Shown here: positions 1 through 9,872 of the stretch, one piece after another
Position numbering within the stretch: position 1 is the stretch's first letter
How the letters are laid out: each line of letters opens with the position of its first letter
Assembly (NCBI GenBank): GCA_034722055.1
Contig: JAYENL010000106.1
Location: 36,871 to 86,993 of the forward strand
Direction: 5' to 3'
Source of the DNA: Armatimonadota bacterium
Lineage (GTDB): Bacteria; Armatimonadota; Zipacnadia; Zipacnadales; UBA5352
DNA length: 50,123 bases
Notes under the pieces: generated by a model
What the model was told of the DNA's origin: nothing
The model's database searches: none
The model's input: only the letters and a program-made list of their open reading frames with translations
Program-made: the position numbers and the translations under genes

Positions 1-2
1 TC

Positions 3-128
3 GACGGCGACGGTACCGACGACTTCAGCGGCCAGGTTCTGGCGCCTTTGCCGGAGCCGGGCACGTTTGCCCTCGCCAGTCTGGGACTGGCGGCCATCGC
101 TGTGCGCCTCCGGCGCCGCCGCGACTGA
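3..128 (+). CDS. 3' end of a PEP-CTERM sorting-domain protein (partial, begins before the window)
   Basis: Frame 3 reads DGDGTDDFSGQVLAPLPEPGTFALASLGLAAIAVRLRRRRD*: PEP motif, hydrophobic helix, Arg cluster, stop at 126-128. Confidence 0.9.
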   Translation, partial: DGDGTDDFSGQVLAPLPEPGTFALASLGLAAIAVRLRRRRD

Positions 129-335
129 GCTGCGACGGTAGAATCAGTCGTCCCCCCGAGCGGGCCGTGCGGTCCGCTCGTCTGCGTCAGGCCACCTCCG
201 TTCTCCTCTCTCTCCCAGCATGGCGATGCGCCTGAAGAGGTGCTCGCGGGCCTCAAAGCTGTTCAGGCCACGCAGAGGCCATGGACGCCCCCGGGAGATT
301 GCTTTGCGCCTGGCTTGAGCTAATTCCAATATTAC

Positions 336-365
336 TTGACTATAATCATAGATCTGGTATATACT
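336..365 (+). promoter_or_regulatory. Putative sigma70-type promoter
   Basis: TTGACT (336-341), 18-nt spacer, TATACT (360-365), in a locally AT-rich patch upstream of the gene at 616. Confidence 0.6.
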
Positions 366-367
366 CT

Positions 368-447
368 GTGTGACTTGCGTTTGGTCTGGTGTGGGTTGCG
401 TGTGGCTCCGTGTAGGTTGCGTGTGACTCCGTGTGGCTGGCGTTGGG
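368..447 (+). repeat. Helically phased GTGTGN array (21-bp unit made of two ~10.5-bp half-units)
   Basis: GTGTGA 368, GTTTGG 379, GTGTGG 389, GTGTGG 400, GTGTAG 410, GTGTGA 421, GTGTGG 431, GTTGGG 442. The 21-mers at 389-409 and 410-430 match at 19/21. Confidence 0.8.
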
Positions 448-615
448 CCATGGCGCAATCCGGGAGAGGATACAGGCTCCGTGTGACGTCTGGCCATAGC
501 GGCAGAACGGCTCAGCAAAACGAGAGCTTTCTCTGAGCCGTACTTGAGGCTTTCTGGCCGCATCTCTGCTATCCTAACCATACCGTCGGCACGGTAAGCA
601 CAGGAGTGGAGACAG

Positions 616-2328
616 ATGGTTTGGCGACGCCTGCGTCGGCGGGTCGTTTGCGTACTGGCCATCATCCTCGCCCTGGGCACGTTGGTGCCCGCAGTCGTGG
701 CCCAGGGGGCCAGCATCAGCCTCGTCCTCGAGGACACCTCCTACAGCAGCACAAACCAACGCACGATCTACCACTACGCCCTCTACGTCAGCGACAACTC
801 CATCCTGACCGTCGGCGAGTCGTTTCTGCACGTCCGCGGGATGGACGGCGTGCTGGCTCAGGGAGATGCCATCGCGTGGCGCAATGCGGGCATCACCCAG
901 ACCAGCGCCACCTGGCAGTTCGCGGATGAGGTGCCGTCGTACCTCACTCGCTTCGCGTACTTCGACCTCGTTGCCGACGCCACACTAACGAGGCCTGGCC
1001 TGGTAGACTACGAGGTGGAGGCTGAGGAGGGGAGGGTCGGCCAGGTCGAGGGCCCGGTTGCGAAGATCCCGCAAGAGGTCTATGAGATCTCGGGCACGGT
1101 CTTCTACGACAGCGACGTCAACGGCCTCTTCGGGCCGCCCGACGACACGACCATCTCCGGCGGCACTGTGGAACTGCTCAACGCCGACGGCCAGGTCGTC
1201 GCCACCGAGCGCACCAACAGCTCCATCAGCGATGGCGATGGCGGCTACATCGGCAATTACCTCTTCAGCGACGTGCCGCCCGGGGAGTACACGGTCCGGG
1301 CTCCTCTGAAGCTGTCGGGGCCGGATGGTGAGCTGCTGATCACGACCGGCTCCCTGCAAAGCGTGGCGGTGACCACAGCGCCCGTGCGGGAGGCCGACTT
1401 CGGATACGCTGACCTCCCGCAGCCGATCCAGGCCCAGGTCACGGCATGTGTGTTCTTCGACGCCGACACGGACGGCGTCTTCGATGACAACGAGACCGGG
1501 CTGACCGAGGTGGCTGTGACGCTCAGCGGCGGCGCTGCCGCTACACTCGACACCGGCAGTGGGGGTCTCGCCGACTTCGGCCTTCAGGGCGAGGGCAGCT
1601 ACGCTATCGAGGTGACTGGCGACGGCGGCTACGGCCTCTCCGACTACTGGACGGCCACCACGCCCACGTCCCAGAGCTTCGACATCGATGCCGAGACGGA
1701 GAGGCCCGTGCTGATCAGCTTCGGCTTCTACCCGGATGCCGACGCCATCGTCAGGGGCATCCGGGACTGCGAGATCACCGGCGACAACCGCAACGTGGGG
1801 TTCTGGCGACACAATATCCGGAAGGCGCTGGAGGGACAGACCCACGGCGCTCAGATACCGGCCGGTGAGCTGCTGGGCTATCTGTCTCAGGTCGAGGCCA
1901 TGGGGCCGTATGATGATCCCTTCGACCTCGGTGAGTCCAAGCTCGAGGCCGCCTATGACTGTCTGCACCCTGGCGCCAGCGGCAACTCGCCGATGGCGAA
2001 GCTCTATCGGCAGCTTCTGGCCGCCGAGTTGAATTGGGTCTCGGGGCGTAGCAGCTCTATGCTGAAGCTGGAGGCGATGGTGCTGTGGTACGCCGAGTAC
2101 GTCGCCAACGAGGACGAGGCGATGGCCGAAGCCTGGGCGGACGTGCTTGAGGCTTGGAACAGCCTTGGCGACACTAACTGCGGCGATGTTGGCAATGGTG
2201 GCAATGACTCCAACGACCCGGAGTACGAAGCAGACGGGCGCGGCGATAACGGCAATGACCACCGGGGCGCCGGTGGCCATGACAGGCACGCCCCCGGTGG
2301 CTGCGTCGGCGACGAGGATACGCGGTGA
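616..2328 (+). CDS. Exported protein with two SdrD B-like (prealbumin-fold) repeats
   Basis: Signal peptide. ISGTVFYDSDVNG...VELLNADG...GNYLFSDVPPGEYTV and a second CVFFDADTDGVFDDNETGL repeat. Later GFWRHN...QLLAAELN segment and an acidic low-complexity tail. Confidence 0.8.
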   Translation: MVWRRLRRRVVCVLAIILALGTLVPAVVAQGASISLVLEDTSYSSTNQRTIYHYALYVSDNSILTVGESFLHVRGMDGVLAQGDAIAWRNAGITQTSATWQFADEVPSYLTRFAYFDLVADATLTRPGLVDYEVEAEEGRVGQVEGPVAKIPQEVYEISGTVFYDSDVNGLFGPPDDTTISGGTVELLNADGQVVATERTNSSISDGDGGYIGNYLFSDVPPGEYTVRAPLKLSGPDGELLITTGSLQSVAVTTAPVREADFGYADLPQPIQAQVTACVFFDADTDGVFDDNETGLTEVAVTLSGGAAATLDTGSGGLADFGLQGEGSYAIEVTGDGGYGLSDYWTATTPTSQSFDIDAETERPVLISFGFYPDADAIVRGIRDCEITGDNRNVGFWRHNIRKALEGQTHGAQIPAGELLGYLSQVEAMGPYDDPFDLGESKLEAAYDCLHPGASGNSPMAKLYRQLLAAELNWVSGRSSSMLKLEAMVLWYAEYVANEDEAMAEAWADVLEAWNSLGDTNCGDVGNGGNDSNDPEYEADGRGDNGNDHRGAGGHDRHAPGGCVGDEDTR

Positions 2329-2522
2329 AGGCACTGAGGCGTGCGCGCGGACGCTGACCGTCCGCATGAAGCGCCGGGCGGCGGCCGGAGCCGTTTCTCC
2401 GGCCGCCGTTCGTGCGTACAGCCGCCTGTCGGAAGCCAGTGTTAATCGGGGCGACGCAGTGGGTATTATCGCAACGGGAGAGCGAGTTCGGATCGAGCTC
2501 AGCCCAGAGGCGGTGGTGCCCC

Positions 2523-5000
2523 ATGCGCACTGTGTCCCGGGAGCTTGCGCTCCCAGAGGGAGGGGACCGTGCCCCCGACGAGATGGCGTGCTCAATCCTT
2601 CTGCCCAGCCGCACCACCCGCGTTCTCTACTCGCTCCTCGCCGTAATCCTGGGCGTCGCCGCCGGTCTTCTCTACTCACGCTACTTCCTCCGCGAACCGG
2701 GCGTGCTGTGGACGGTCGCGATCGCCGCCCTCGGGGCCTTTCTGGGCGTGCTGGTTGTGCTCATGCCCGCTGCGATTGTGAGAGGGCTGCGTCGGGTGAT
2801 GACGCGGCTGTCCCTGGCTCTGCGTAGCCGGCGTCTCCGCGGTGAGCTGGCCAGGGCCGAGCGCGAGCTGCGCAGCCGCCTGGAGGACGACAGGGACGAT
2901 GCGGAGACCTGGAACGCCCTGGGCGTGGTGACGCTGCTTCGCGGGCGGACTCGTGAGGCGGCGGAGGCTCTGGAGCGGGCATGCCAGCTCGACGGCGCGC
3001 GGTTCCGGGTCAACCTGGCCGCGGCGCTGGCCGAGGAGCGCAATCTGGAGGCCGCTGCTGAGGAGCTCGCGGAGGCCGCCGGGGATGAGAGCACTGTCGA
3101 GGCCGCACGACACAACACCGGGGTGCTGCTGGCACGCCGACCTCCTCCTGAAGTCGTGGAGCGCCTCGTCAATGAGCCCGAGCAGCTTACCTCCCCCATC
3201 GTGCTCAACAACCTGGGCGCATACGAGCTGGCGGCGGGCCGACTGGACGCGGCGGAGAGGTACTTCTCGCGCGCCGCGAGCAGCGACCCGGCTGCCGTCG
3301 GGCCCCGAGCGAACCTGGCCCTCATCGCCTATCGTCGCGGCCGTATCAAGAAGGCCATCGCGCAGCTCGACGCCGCCTCCGTCCTGGACCCGCTCGATCC
3401 CGGGCTGGCCAGCAACCTGGGCGCCATGCTCTGTGCAGGTGGCAGGCCCATGCTGGCCGCCCGCCAGCTCAGCAGAGCGGCCTTTCTGGCGCCGGGCAGT
3501 CCCGCCGTTGACCTCAACCGCGCCGCAGTCCGACTGGCTCTGGGGCGGTATGAGGACGCTCTTGCGAGCTTCAACGAGGGGCCGGTGCGGGCCGCCTACC
3601 CCCGGGAGGCCGCCCACGACGAGGTCCTGGCGCTGGTGGGGCTGAAGCACTACCAGACGGCGCTGGAGCGGGCTGAGGCGGCCCTCGAGGAGGGGCCCGA
3701 TGACGCCGGTCTGCGGAACAACCTGGCCTGTGTCGCCTGGGCGCTGGGCGACGACAGCCGGATGACGCAGGAGCTGGGGCGGATCACAACCGATGCCGAG
3801 GACGCGGCCGTGATCCTGAACCTGGCGATAGCCCGCATCAGCTCCGGCGATCCCGGAGGGGCGCGTTCGCTGCTCAGCGCCCTGGAGGAGCGTCGTGGCC
3901 CCGAACCGGCGATTGAGTTCACAAGGGGGTTGGGGCTGCTGGTGGACGCTCTGTCCCTCTACCGCCACGAGATGACCCGCGAGCAGCGGAACGAGTTCTT
4001 CCGCGCCCTGCACCGCTGCGTGCGGCCCCTGACGGTGATCTCCGACAAGGAGACCGGCGCCTCCATGGAGGCGCGGCTGAACCTGGCGCTGTATCACTAC
4101 CTGCGGAGCGAGTATGAGGCCGCCGCGCAGCGGTACGAGGAGGCCGCTCGCACTCTCACCCACGATGGCTTCTGGTACTACTGCGCCGGAACCGTGCTGC
4201 TGGAGTGGGCGGTCTCGGTGCAGCAGGCTCACGAGGCCGAGGGGGAGGAGCTGGTGGCCCGGGCCAGGACCCTCATGCGCCGGGCGCGGTCGCACCTGGA
4301 GACGGCGGTGGCCCACGACGAGCAGACCGCCGACGCCTTCTGCAACCTCGGCGTGTGCGCCTACGGCCTCGGCGACATGGAGGCCGCCAAGAGCGCCTTC
4401 CGCCGCATGGTTCAGCTTGAGGAGACGGCGGAGGCCATGAACAGGCTGGCCATCGTGCACGCCCGTGAGACGGAGCGGCTGCAGCGCGCGGCCCGGGCCG
4501 CCGGCCTCGCCAGCCGCCTCCGGGAGCGGGAGCTGCTCCAGGACGCGCAGACCCAGATCTCCACCGCCCTTCACTACTTCCTCGAGGCCCTGGAGCAGGC
4601 CCGGGACGACCCCGTGCTGCACGGCAACATCGGACTGGCCTTCATGCTCCGCAATCGGGAGACGGACGTGGAGGCAGCGCTGCGGCACTGGCAGCGCATG
4701 CTGGCCCTCGGCGGCGCCGCTCAGCGACAGCGCTACGAGGAGCTCACCGCCGTGGCGCACACCGAGGGAGTCGAGAGAGCGACCTTCGACGAGACCATCA
4801 TGGAGCTGCGGCCGCTCGACCCGCTGGACTGCATCGTGGCGCCACCGCCCGGACTGGCGGGCCCGCGCTACGCCCTCCAGACGGTGGCCGAGGAGCCCGA
4901 ATGGCACTTGGTCACCGATGATCCCCGCGTGCAGCGTGTGCTACGGAGTCGCGATCGCGTCTCGGGCCTGAGCCAGCGCATGGCCCGGCTCTCCATGTGA
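2523..5000 (+). CDS. Membrane-anchored tetratricopeptide repeat protein (start uncertain, 2523 or 2583)
   Basis: Two N-terminal hydrophobic helices followed by many TPR motifs (WNALGV, LNNLGA, ASNLGA, FCNLGV, HGNIGLA). Confidence 0.85.
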   Translation: MRTVSRELALPEGGDRAPDEMACSILLPSRTTRVLYSLLAVILGVAAGLLYSRYFLREPGVLWTVAIAALGAFLGVLVVLMPAAIVRGLRRVMTRLSLALRSRRLRGELARAERELRSRLEDDRDDAETWNALGVVTLLRGRTREAAEALERACQLDGARFRVNLAAALAEERNLEAAAEELAEAAGDESTVEAARHNTGVLLARRPPPEVVERLVNEPEQLTSPIVLNNLGAYELAAGRLDAAERYFSRAASSDPAAVGPRANLALIAYRRGRIKKAIAQLDAASVLDPLDPGLASNLGAMLCAGGRPMLAARQLSRAAFLAPGSPAVDLNRAAVRLALGRYEDALASFNEGPVRAAYPREAAHDEVLALVGLKHYQTALERAEAALEEGPDDAGLRNNLACVAWALGDDSRMTQELGRITTDAEDAAVILNLAIARISSGDPGGARSLLSALEERRGPEPAIEFTRGLGLLVDALSLYRHEMTREQRNEFFRALHRCVRPLTVISDKETGASMEARLNLALYHYLRSEYEAAAQRYEEAARTLTHDGFWYYCAGTVLLEWAVSVQQAHEAEGEELVARARTLMRRARSHLETAVAHDEQTADAFCNLGVCAYGLGDMEAAKSAFRRMVQLEETAEAMNRLAIVHARETERLQRAARAAGLASRLRERELLQDAQTQISTALHYFLEALEQARDDPVLHGNIGLAFMLRNRETDVEAALRHWQRMLALGGAAQRQRYEELTAVAHTEGVERATFDETIMELRPLDPLDCIVAPPPGLAGPRYALQTVAEEPEWHLVTDDPRVQRVLRSRDRVSGLSQRMARLSM

Positions 5001-5073
5001 GCCGGGAGGTTCGGCGTAGCCGGCTCGCGAACACCCCTCCCGACAGGCCACTATGCCATCGGGAGGGATCGTT

Positions 5074-7596
5074 ATGTACAGGATGCTTATCCCGATTCTC
5101 ACCGCCGTCGCGCTTTCAGCCTCCGGCCTCGCGCAGGACCTGCCCCTGCGGGACGTGGCCTACCACGAGGGATTCGAGGACGGAGATGACCCCTTCGAGT
5201 TCTGGGTCTGCGACGGCGAGTACGAGGTCAACTTCAGGGGCGTCACCGATGAGCAGGCCTTCGAGGGTGACCGCTCCTTCAAGCTGGACGCGACCCTGAG
5301 CAGCGGGCACTACCTCTACTGGCATGTCCCCACCGACATCCCCGCCGAGGGCGACCTGCACTTCTCCGCGCGGATGCTGCTTGGCGAGGAGAACACCGCC
5401 AGCGTGGGGCTGGGCCTGAACTGGGCCTTCCCGCCCACGCGGCACTCCGGCTGCTCGCCCTTCGAGGGCTACAGCGAGCCGACCGGCGAGTGGAAGCTGA
5501 TCGAGGCCGACGTCTCGGCGGAGGCGCCCTCGCGGGCGCGAGGCGTCATGAGCCGCTGGGTGGAGGGCGCCACCGAGGCGCACGTGGGCGTTCTCATCGA
5601 CCGCTGGGCGATCTTCATCAAGGGGAGGGCCGGCCAGCGCGCGGTCGTCTACGTCGATGACGTGCGGCTCAGCGGCGAGGCCGTCGAGGACGAGGCCTAT
5701 CAAGAGGCCATCGGTGAGCGCTGGGAGCCCTTCGCGGAGCAGTGGAGCGAGAGGCTGGCCGAGTGGCGGAATCGGGCGGATGAGGTGGAGGAGGAGCTGG
5801 CAGCGCTCCCTGAGCTGCCCGGCGATCTGCAGGAGGTGGCCGCGAGCCCCGGCCTGGCGCTGGAGCGCGCCCGCGAGCAGTTGCAGTTCTTCGAGGAGCA
5901 GGGCTACGCCCGCCCCGAGGAGGTCCAGGAGCTGGAGACTGACCTGCAGACGGCGGCCCAGGCGCCGCAGACGGTGCGCCGCATCGGGGCGGCTGTTGAG
6001 GAGGGCCGGCCCATGGTGGCTCTGCCCGTGCGGGCCATCACCAACGCCCGCATCATCCCCGGCGAGCTGTCCTTCCCGGTGCTGTCGGCGGAGGCCGTGG
6101 AGCTGTCGGCCTGTCGCGGGGAGTATGAGTCAGGCAGCTTCGTGGTCGTCGCCATGGAGGATCTGGATGACCTGCTGGTGGAGCCCACGGACCTGTCGGC
6201 CGAGGCGGGCAGCATCCCCGCGTCGGCGGTGGACGTCAAGATCGTGAAGGTCTGGTACCAGGCGGGCCGGGGCATCGGGGACCTGCAGGGCCGCATCCTG
6301 GTTCCTGAGCTGCTGCTCAACGACGACGCCCTGGTGCGTGTGGACACCGACGAGCAGCACAACTACCTGCGCAGCACCGGCGCCGATGGCATCGACAGCT
6401 ACGTGCTGTGCAGCGGCGAGGACTCCGAGGCGCTCCAGGGCGTGCGGCCCATCGACGCCGAAACGCTGCAGCCGATGGACCTGCCCAGGCTGCAGACCCA
6501 GCAGTTCTGGGTGACCGTCCACGTGCCCGAGGATACTCCCGGCGGCCAGTACCGTGGCGCGCTGCAACTGACCAGCGCGGGGCACGAGACCGTCGAGATG
6601 CCGCTGTCGCTGACCGTGCACGACTTCGACCTGGAGCCGGCGCCGCTGATCTACTCGGTGTATTACCGGGCCAAGCTGGCGGAGGACAACCAGCCCACCA
6701 TCACCTCCGAGTGGCGCTCCGAGGAGCAGTACCTGGCCGAGATGCGCGACATGGAGACCCACGGCTGCCTCTACCCGACCATGTACCAGAGCTATCACGA
6801 GCAGTTGCTGCCGCGGGCGCTGGAACTGCGCGCGGAGGCGGGCCTCCCCACGGACTACCTCTTCACGCTTGGGATATCGACGGGAGCGCCGGAGACCGAT
6901 GAGGCCATCGACAAGCTCCGCCAGCGCGTGCGCGATTGGCTGGCGATGGCGGAGCGCTTCGGCTACGAGCAGATGAACATCTACGGAATCGACGAGGCCC
7001 GCGGCGAGCGCCTGGAGGCACAGCGGAAGGCCTGGGCGGCCGTGCAGGATGAGGGCGCCGGGACCTTCGTGGCCTGCTACCACGGGACCTTCGAGGCCAT
7101 GGGCGACCTGCTCAACGTGGCGGTCCTGGCCCGCAAGCCCGATCCCGAGGAGGCCGCCAAGTTCCACGGAGTCGGCAGCATGGTCTTCACCTACGCCTTC
7201 CCGCAGGTCGGGCCCGAGGAGCCGGAGACCTTCCGGCGCAACTTCGGCCTCACGCTCTGGAAGGCCAACTTCGACGGCGCCATGGACTACGCCTACCAGC
7301 ACGGCTTCGGCCACGTCTGGAATGACTTCGACAGCGACCGCTATCGCGACCACAACTTCACCTACCCCACGCTCAACGGCGTGGTGGACACCGTGCAGTG
7401 GGAGGGCTTCCGGGAGGCCAGCGACGATACGCGCTACGTCGCCACGCTGCAGGCGGCTATCGAGCAGTGTGAGGACGCACAGACTCGGGATGCCGCCCAA
7501 CAGTGGCTCGACGCGCTCGACCCCGAGCGCGACCTCTACGAGGTGCGCGCCGAGATGGTCGAGCACATCCGCCGCTGCCTGGGCGAGCGCGAGTGA
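5074..7596 (+). CDS. Exported putative glycoside hydrolase (GH123/DUF4091-like C-terminus, N-terminal CBM-like domain)
   Basis: GGAGG RBS and signal peptide. ACRGEYES, QFWVTVHVPEDTPGGQYRG, YGIDE and QWEGFREASDDTRY motifs. Confidence 0.65.
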   Translation: MYRMLIPILTAVALSASGLAQDLPLRDVAYHEGFEDGDDPFEFWVCDGEYEVNFRGVTDEQAFEGDRSFKLDATLSSGHYLYWHVPTDIPAEGDLHFSARMLLGEENTASVGLGLNWAFPPTRHSGCSPFEGYSEPTGEWKLIEADVSAEAPSRARGVMSRWVEGATEAHVGVLIDRWAIFIKGRAGQRAVVYVDDVRLSGEAVEDEAYQEAIGERWEPFAEQWSERLAEWRNRADEVEEELAALPELPGDLQEVAASPGLALERAREQLQFFEEQGYARPEEVQELETDLQTAAQAPQTVRRIGAAVEEGRPMVALPVRAITNARIIPGELSFPVLSAEAVELSACRGEYESGSFVVVAMEDLDDLLVEPTDLSAEAGSIPASAVDVKIVKVWYQAGRGIGDLQGRILVPELLLNDDALVRVDTDEQHNYLRSTGADGIDSYVLCSGEDSEALQGVRPIDAETLQPMDLPRLQTQQFWVTVHVPEDTPGGQYRGALQLTSAGHETVEMPLSLTVHDFDLEPAPLIYSVYYRAKLAEDNQPTITSEWRSEEQYLAEMRDMETHGCLYPTMYQSYHEQLLPRALELRAEAGLPTDYLFTLGISTGAPETDEAIDKLRQRVRDWLAMAERFGYEQMNIYGIDEARGERLEAQRKAWAAVQDEGAGTFVACYHGTFEAMGDLLNVAVLARKPDPEEAAKFHGVGSMVFTYAFPQVGPEEPETFRRNFGLTLWKANFDGAMDYAYQHGFGHVWNDFDSDRYRDHNFTYPTLNGVVDTVQWEGFREASDDTRYVATLQAAIEQCEDAQTRDAAQQWLDALDPERDLYEVRAEMVEHIRRCLGERE

Positions 7597-7601
7597 TCAC
7601 T

Positions 7602-7830
7602 TTGGAGGTGAGGGGCCGCCTGAGCGCCCGTCGCGCAGCGATGGGCGCGAAGTCGGCCCGCGCACAAGCACCAGCGAGTGGGCCTCACGCAACCGCCCCT
7701 CAGGACGGCCCCTCCACGGTGCAGCAGGCGCATTGTCTCGAACCGACACGGGGTTTGAAGCCCCTCTGGCCGTTTGTCGTGAGCCGTGGCCGTCGTCGTC
7801 CGGAGCGGCGGTGTGTTTAGACCCGCCGGA
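7602..7830. repeat. REP-like palindromes downstream of the GH-like gene
   Basis: AGGGGCCGCCTGAGCGC...GCGCGAAGTCGGCCCG is shared with 23534-23579. GGAGCGGCGGTGTGTTTAGACCCGCCG (7802-7828) resembles GGAGCGACGGGTCTTCAGACCCGTCG at 37539. Confidence 0.6.
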
Positions 7831-7895
7831 CGTTTGCAGTCAGCAGTTGCCAGTGTGGCTGTGGCGTCCCTGCCGCGACGCCTTGCCACTTCCGA

Positions 7896-7924
7896 TTGAC
7901 AGCCGCCGCTCTTCCCCCTATGCT
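7896..7924 (+). promoter_or_regulatory. sigma70-type promoter for mutM-cysK
   Basis: TTGACA (7896-7901), 17-nt spacer, TATGCT (7919-7924), 65 nt upstream of the mutM start. Confidence 0.75.
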
Positions 7925-7989
7925 CTGTGGTGCGCCGGCGCCGCCGGCGCACCATTATGCATGTGCGCGCGGGGACCGGGGCCTGGAGG

Positions 7990-8859
7990 ATGCCTGAGCT
8001 TCCCGAGGTGGAGACCATCCGGCGCGACCTGTCGCGCTCGCTGGTCGGCCGGAAGATACGCAGTCTCGCCATCACGCAATCGGATGTTCTTCGCCGGACC
8101 GAGCCTGTGCGGCTGGTCTCAGCCGTGGTGGGCCGGGCGGTGGAGGCGGTCGGCCGCAGGGGCAAGAACCTGATGGTCGCCCTCACCGACAACGCGGCCC
8201 TGCTGATCAACCTGGGGATGACCGGCCAGCTCTTCGTCGCGGACTCCGATGCTCATTCCGAGCAGCACACGCACCTGGTGGCGGCGCTGTCCGACAGCCG
8301 GGTGCTGGTCTACCGCGACGTGAGGCGTTTCGGCAGCATCGAGCTGGTGGCGGGCCGGCCGGTGGAGGAGAGCGAGACGCTCCGCAAACTCGGCGTGGAC
8401 GCGCTCAGCGACTCCTTCAGCGCACGTGGGCTGGCAGAGCTGCTGAGCTGGCGCCGGGCGCTGCTCAAGGGCGCTTTGCTGAACCAGTCGCTGGTGGCGG
8501 GCCTGGGCAACATCTACGTGTGCGAGGCGCTGCACCGGGCCGGCATCCACCCGGCCACCCGCTGCGATGAGCTGGCGCCGGGGCAGTTCCGCGCGCTGCA
8601 CGCGGCGATCCGCGAGGTGCTGCGGGAGGCCATCGCGGCGGAGGGCACCACCATCTCGGACTACGTCACCGGCAATCGGGTCCCCGGCGGCTTCCAGGAG
8701 CGCCTGCAGGTCTACGGCTGCGAGGGAGAGGTCTGCCGCCGGCCGGGCTGCCGGGCCACCATCCAGCGTATCGTGCAGAGCAATCGATCCACCTTCTTCT
8801 GCCCACGCTGCCAGGGCGATAGCACTGCCGGCGGGCAGAGCCGCGCCGAACTGGAGTGA
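7990..8859 (+). CDS. mutM: Formamidopyrimidine-DNA glycosylase / AP lyase
   Basis: N-terminal MPELPEVET, RRGK, LGMTG, DVRRFG, H2TH motif AGLGNIYVCEAL, C-terminal zinc finger CRRPGC...FCPRCQ. Confidence 0.97.
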   Translation: MPELPEVETIRRDLSRSLVGRKIRSLAITQSDVLRRTEPVRLVSAVVGRAVEAVGRRGKNLMVALTDNAALLINLGMTGQLFVADSDAHSEQHTHLVAALSDSRVLVYRDVRRFGSIELVAGRPVEESETLRKLGVDALSDSFSARGLAELLSWRRALLKGALLNQSLVAGLGNIYVCEALHRAGIHPATRCDELAPGQFRALHAAIREVLREAIAAEGTTISDYVTGNRVPGGFQERLQVYGCEGEVCRRPGCRATIQRIVQSNRSTFFCPRCQGDSTAGGQSRAELE

Positions 8860-8865
8860 GGTCGC

Positions 8866-9768
8866 GTGAGGTGCACGAAGATCCTGGAGGCCATAGGCGG
8901 TACTCCCATCGTCTCCGTTGCTTGCGACGGGCCCTGCGAGGTGTGGGCCAAGGCGGAGTTCCTCAATCCTGGTGGCTCGATCAAGGACCGTGTGGCGCTG
9001 CGCATGATCGCCGCCGCGGAGGAGCGCGGTGAGCTGGGGCCCGGCGCCACCATCGTGGAGCCCTCCTCGGGCAACACCGGCATCGCCATGACGCTGGTGG
9101 GCGTGCAGAAGGGCTACCGGGTCATTATCGTCATGCCCGAGGACATGAGCGAGGAGCGCAAGAAGATCATCTCGGCCTTCGGCGGGGAGCTGGAGCTGAC
9201 GCCCAAGGACGCCAACATCGAGGGCTCCTGCGACCGCGCGCAGGAGCTGGTGGAGGAGATCGACGGCGCCGTCTGCCTCCAGCAGTTCGAGAACCCCGAC
9301 AACCCGGCGGTGCACTACGATCAGACCGGGCCCGAGATCTGGCTGGACCTGCAGGGGCACGTGGACGCCTTCGTGGCCGGGATCGGCTCGGGCGGGACCT
9401 TCGCGGGGGTGGGCAAGTTCCTCCGCGAGCACAACCCCGACGTGCACCTGGCGGCGGTGGAGCCGGCCAACGCCGCGGCGCTGCTGGGCCACGAGCCGGG
9501 CCTGCACTGCATCCCCGGCATCGGCGATGGCTTCATCCCGCCGATCCTGGACACCTCCATCATCAGCGAGGTCATCACGGTGGAGGACGACGACGCCATC
9601 GACACCACCCGCAGTCTCGCCCGGAGCCAGGGGCTGCTGGTGGGGACCTCATCCGGCGCCAACATCTGGGCGGCGCGGCGGCTGGCCGAGGATCTGCCGG
9701 CGGGCAGCATCATCGCCACGGTCCTGCCCGACCGCGCGGAGCGCTACTTCTCCACCGCTCTGATCTGA
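8866..9768 (+). CDS. cysK: Cysteine synthase (PLP-dependent O-acetylserine sulfhydrylase)
   Basis: KAEFLNPGGSIKDR (PLP lysine), EPSSGNTGIA, QQFENPDN, GIGSGGT, GTSSGAN, LPDRAERYFST. Confidence 0.92.
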   Translation: MRCTKILEAIGGTPIVSVACDGPCEVWAKAEFLNPGGSIKDRVALRMIAAAEERGELGPGATIVEPSSGNTGIAMTLVGVQKGYRVIIVMPEDMSEERKKIISAFGGELELTPKDANIEGSCDRAQELVEEIDGAVCLQQFENPDNPAVHYDQTGPEIWLDLQGHVDAFVAGIGSGGTFAGVGKFLREHNPDVHLAAVEPANAAALLGHEPGLHCIPGIGDGFIPPILDTSIISEVITVEDDDAIDTTRSLARSQGLLVGTSSGANIWAARRLAEDLPAGSIIATVLPDRAERYFSTALI

Positions 9769-9872
9769 GGGAAGGCTGCAGAGCGGTCCGTGTGGAATAC
9801 GGTGGCGCAGACTGCAACGACCAGCATCCCGGGCGCGATGCGCCGGGTGCAATGCCGACGGAGGTGACGGAG

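Noticed and set aside
985..7566. Long antisense ORFs (985-2679, 2676-4907, 6130-7566, and similar ones throughout the window)
   Set aside because: Shadow frames of high-GC genes that fully overlap motif-supported CDSs on the opposite strand.
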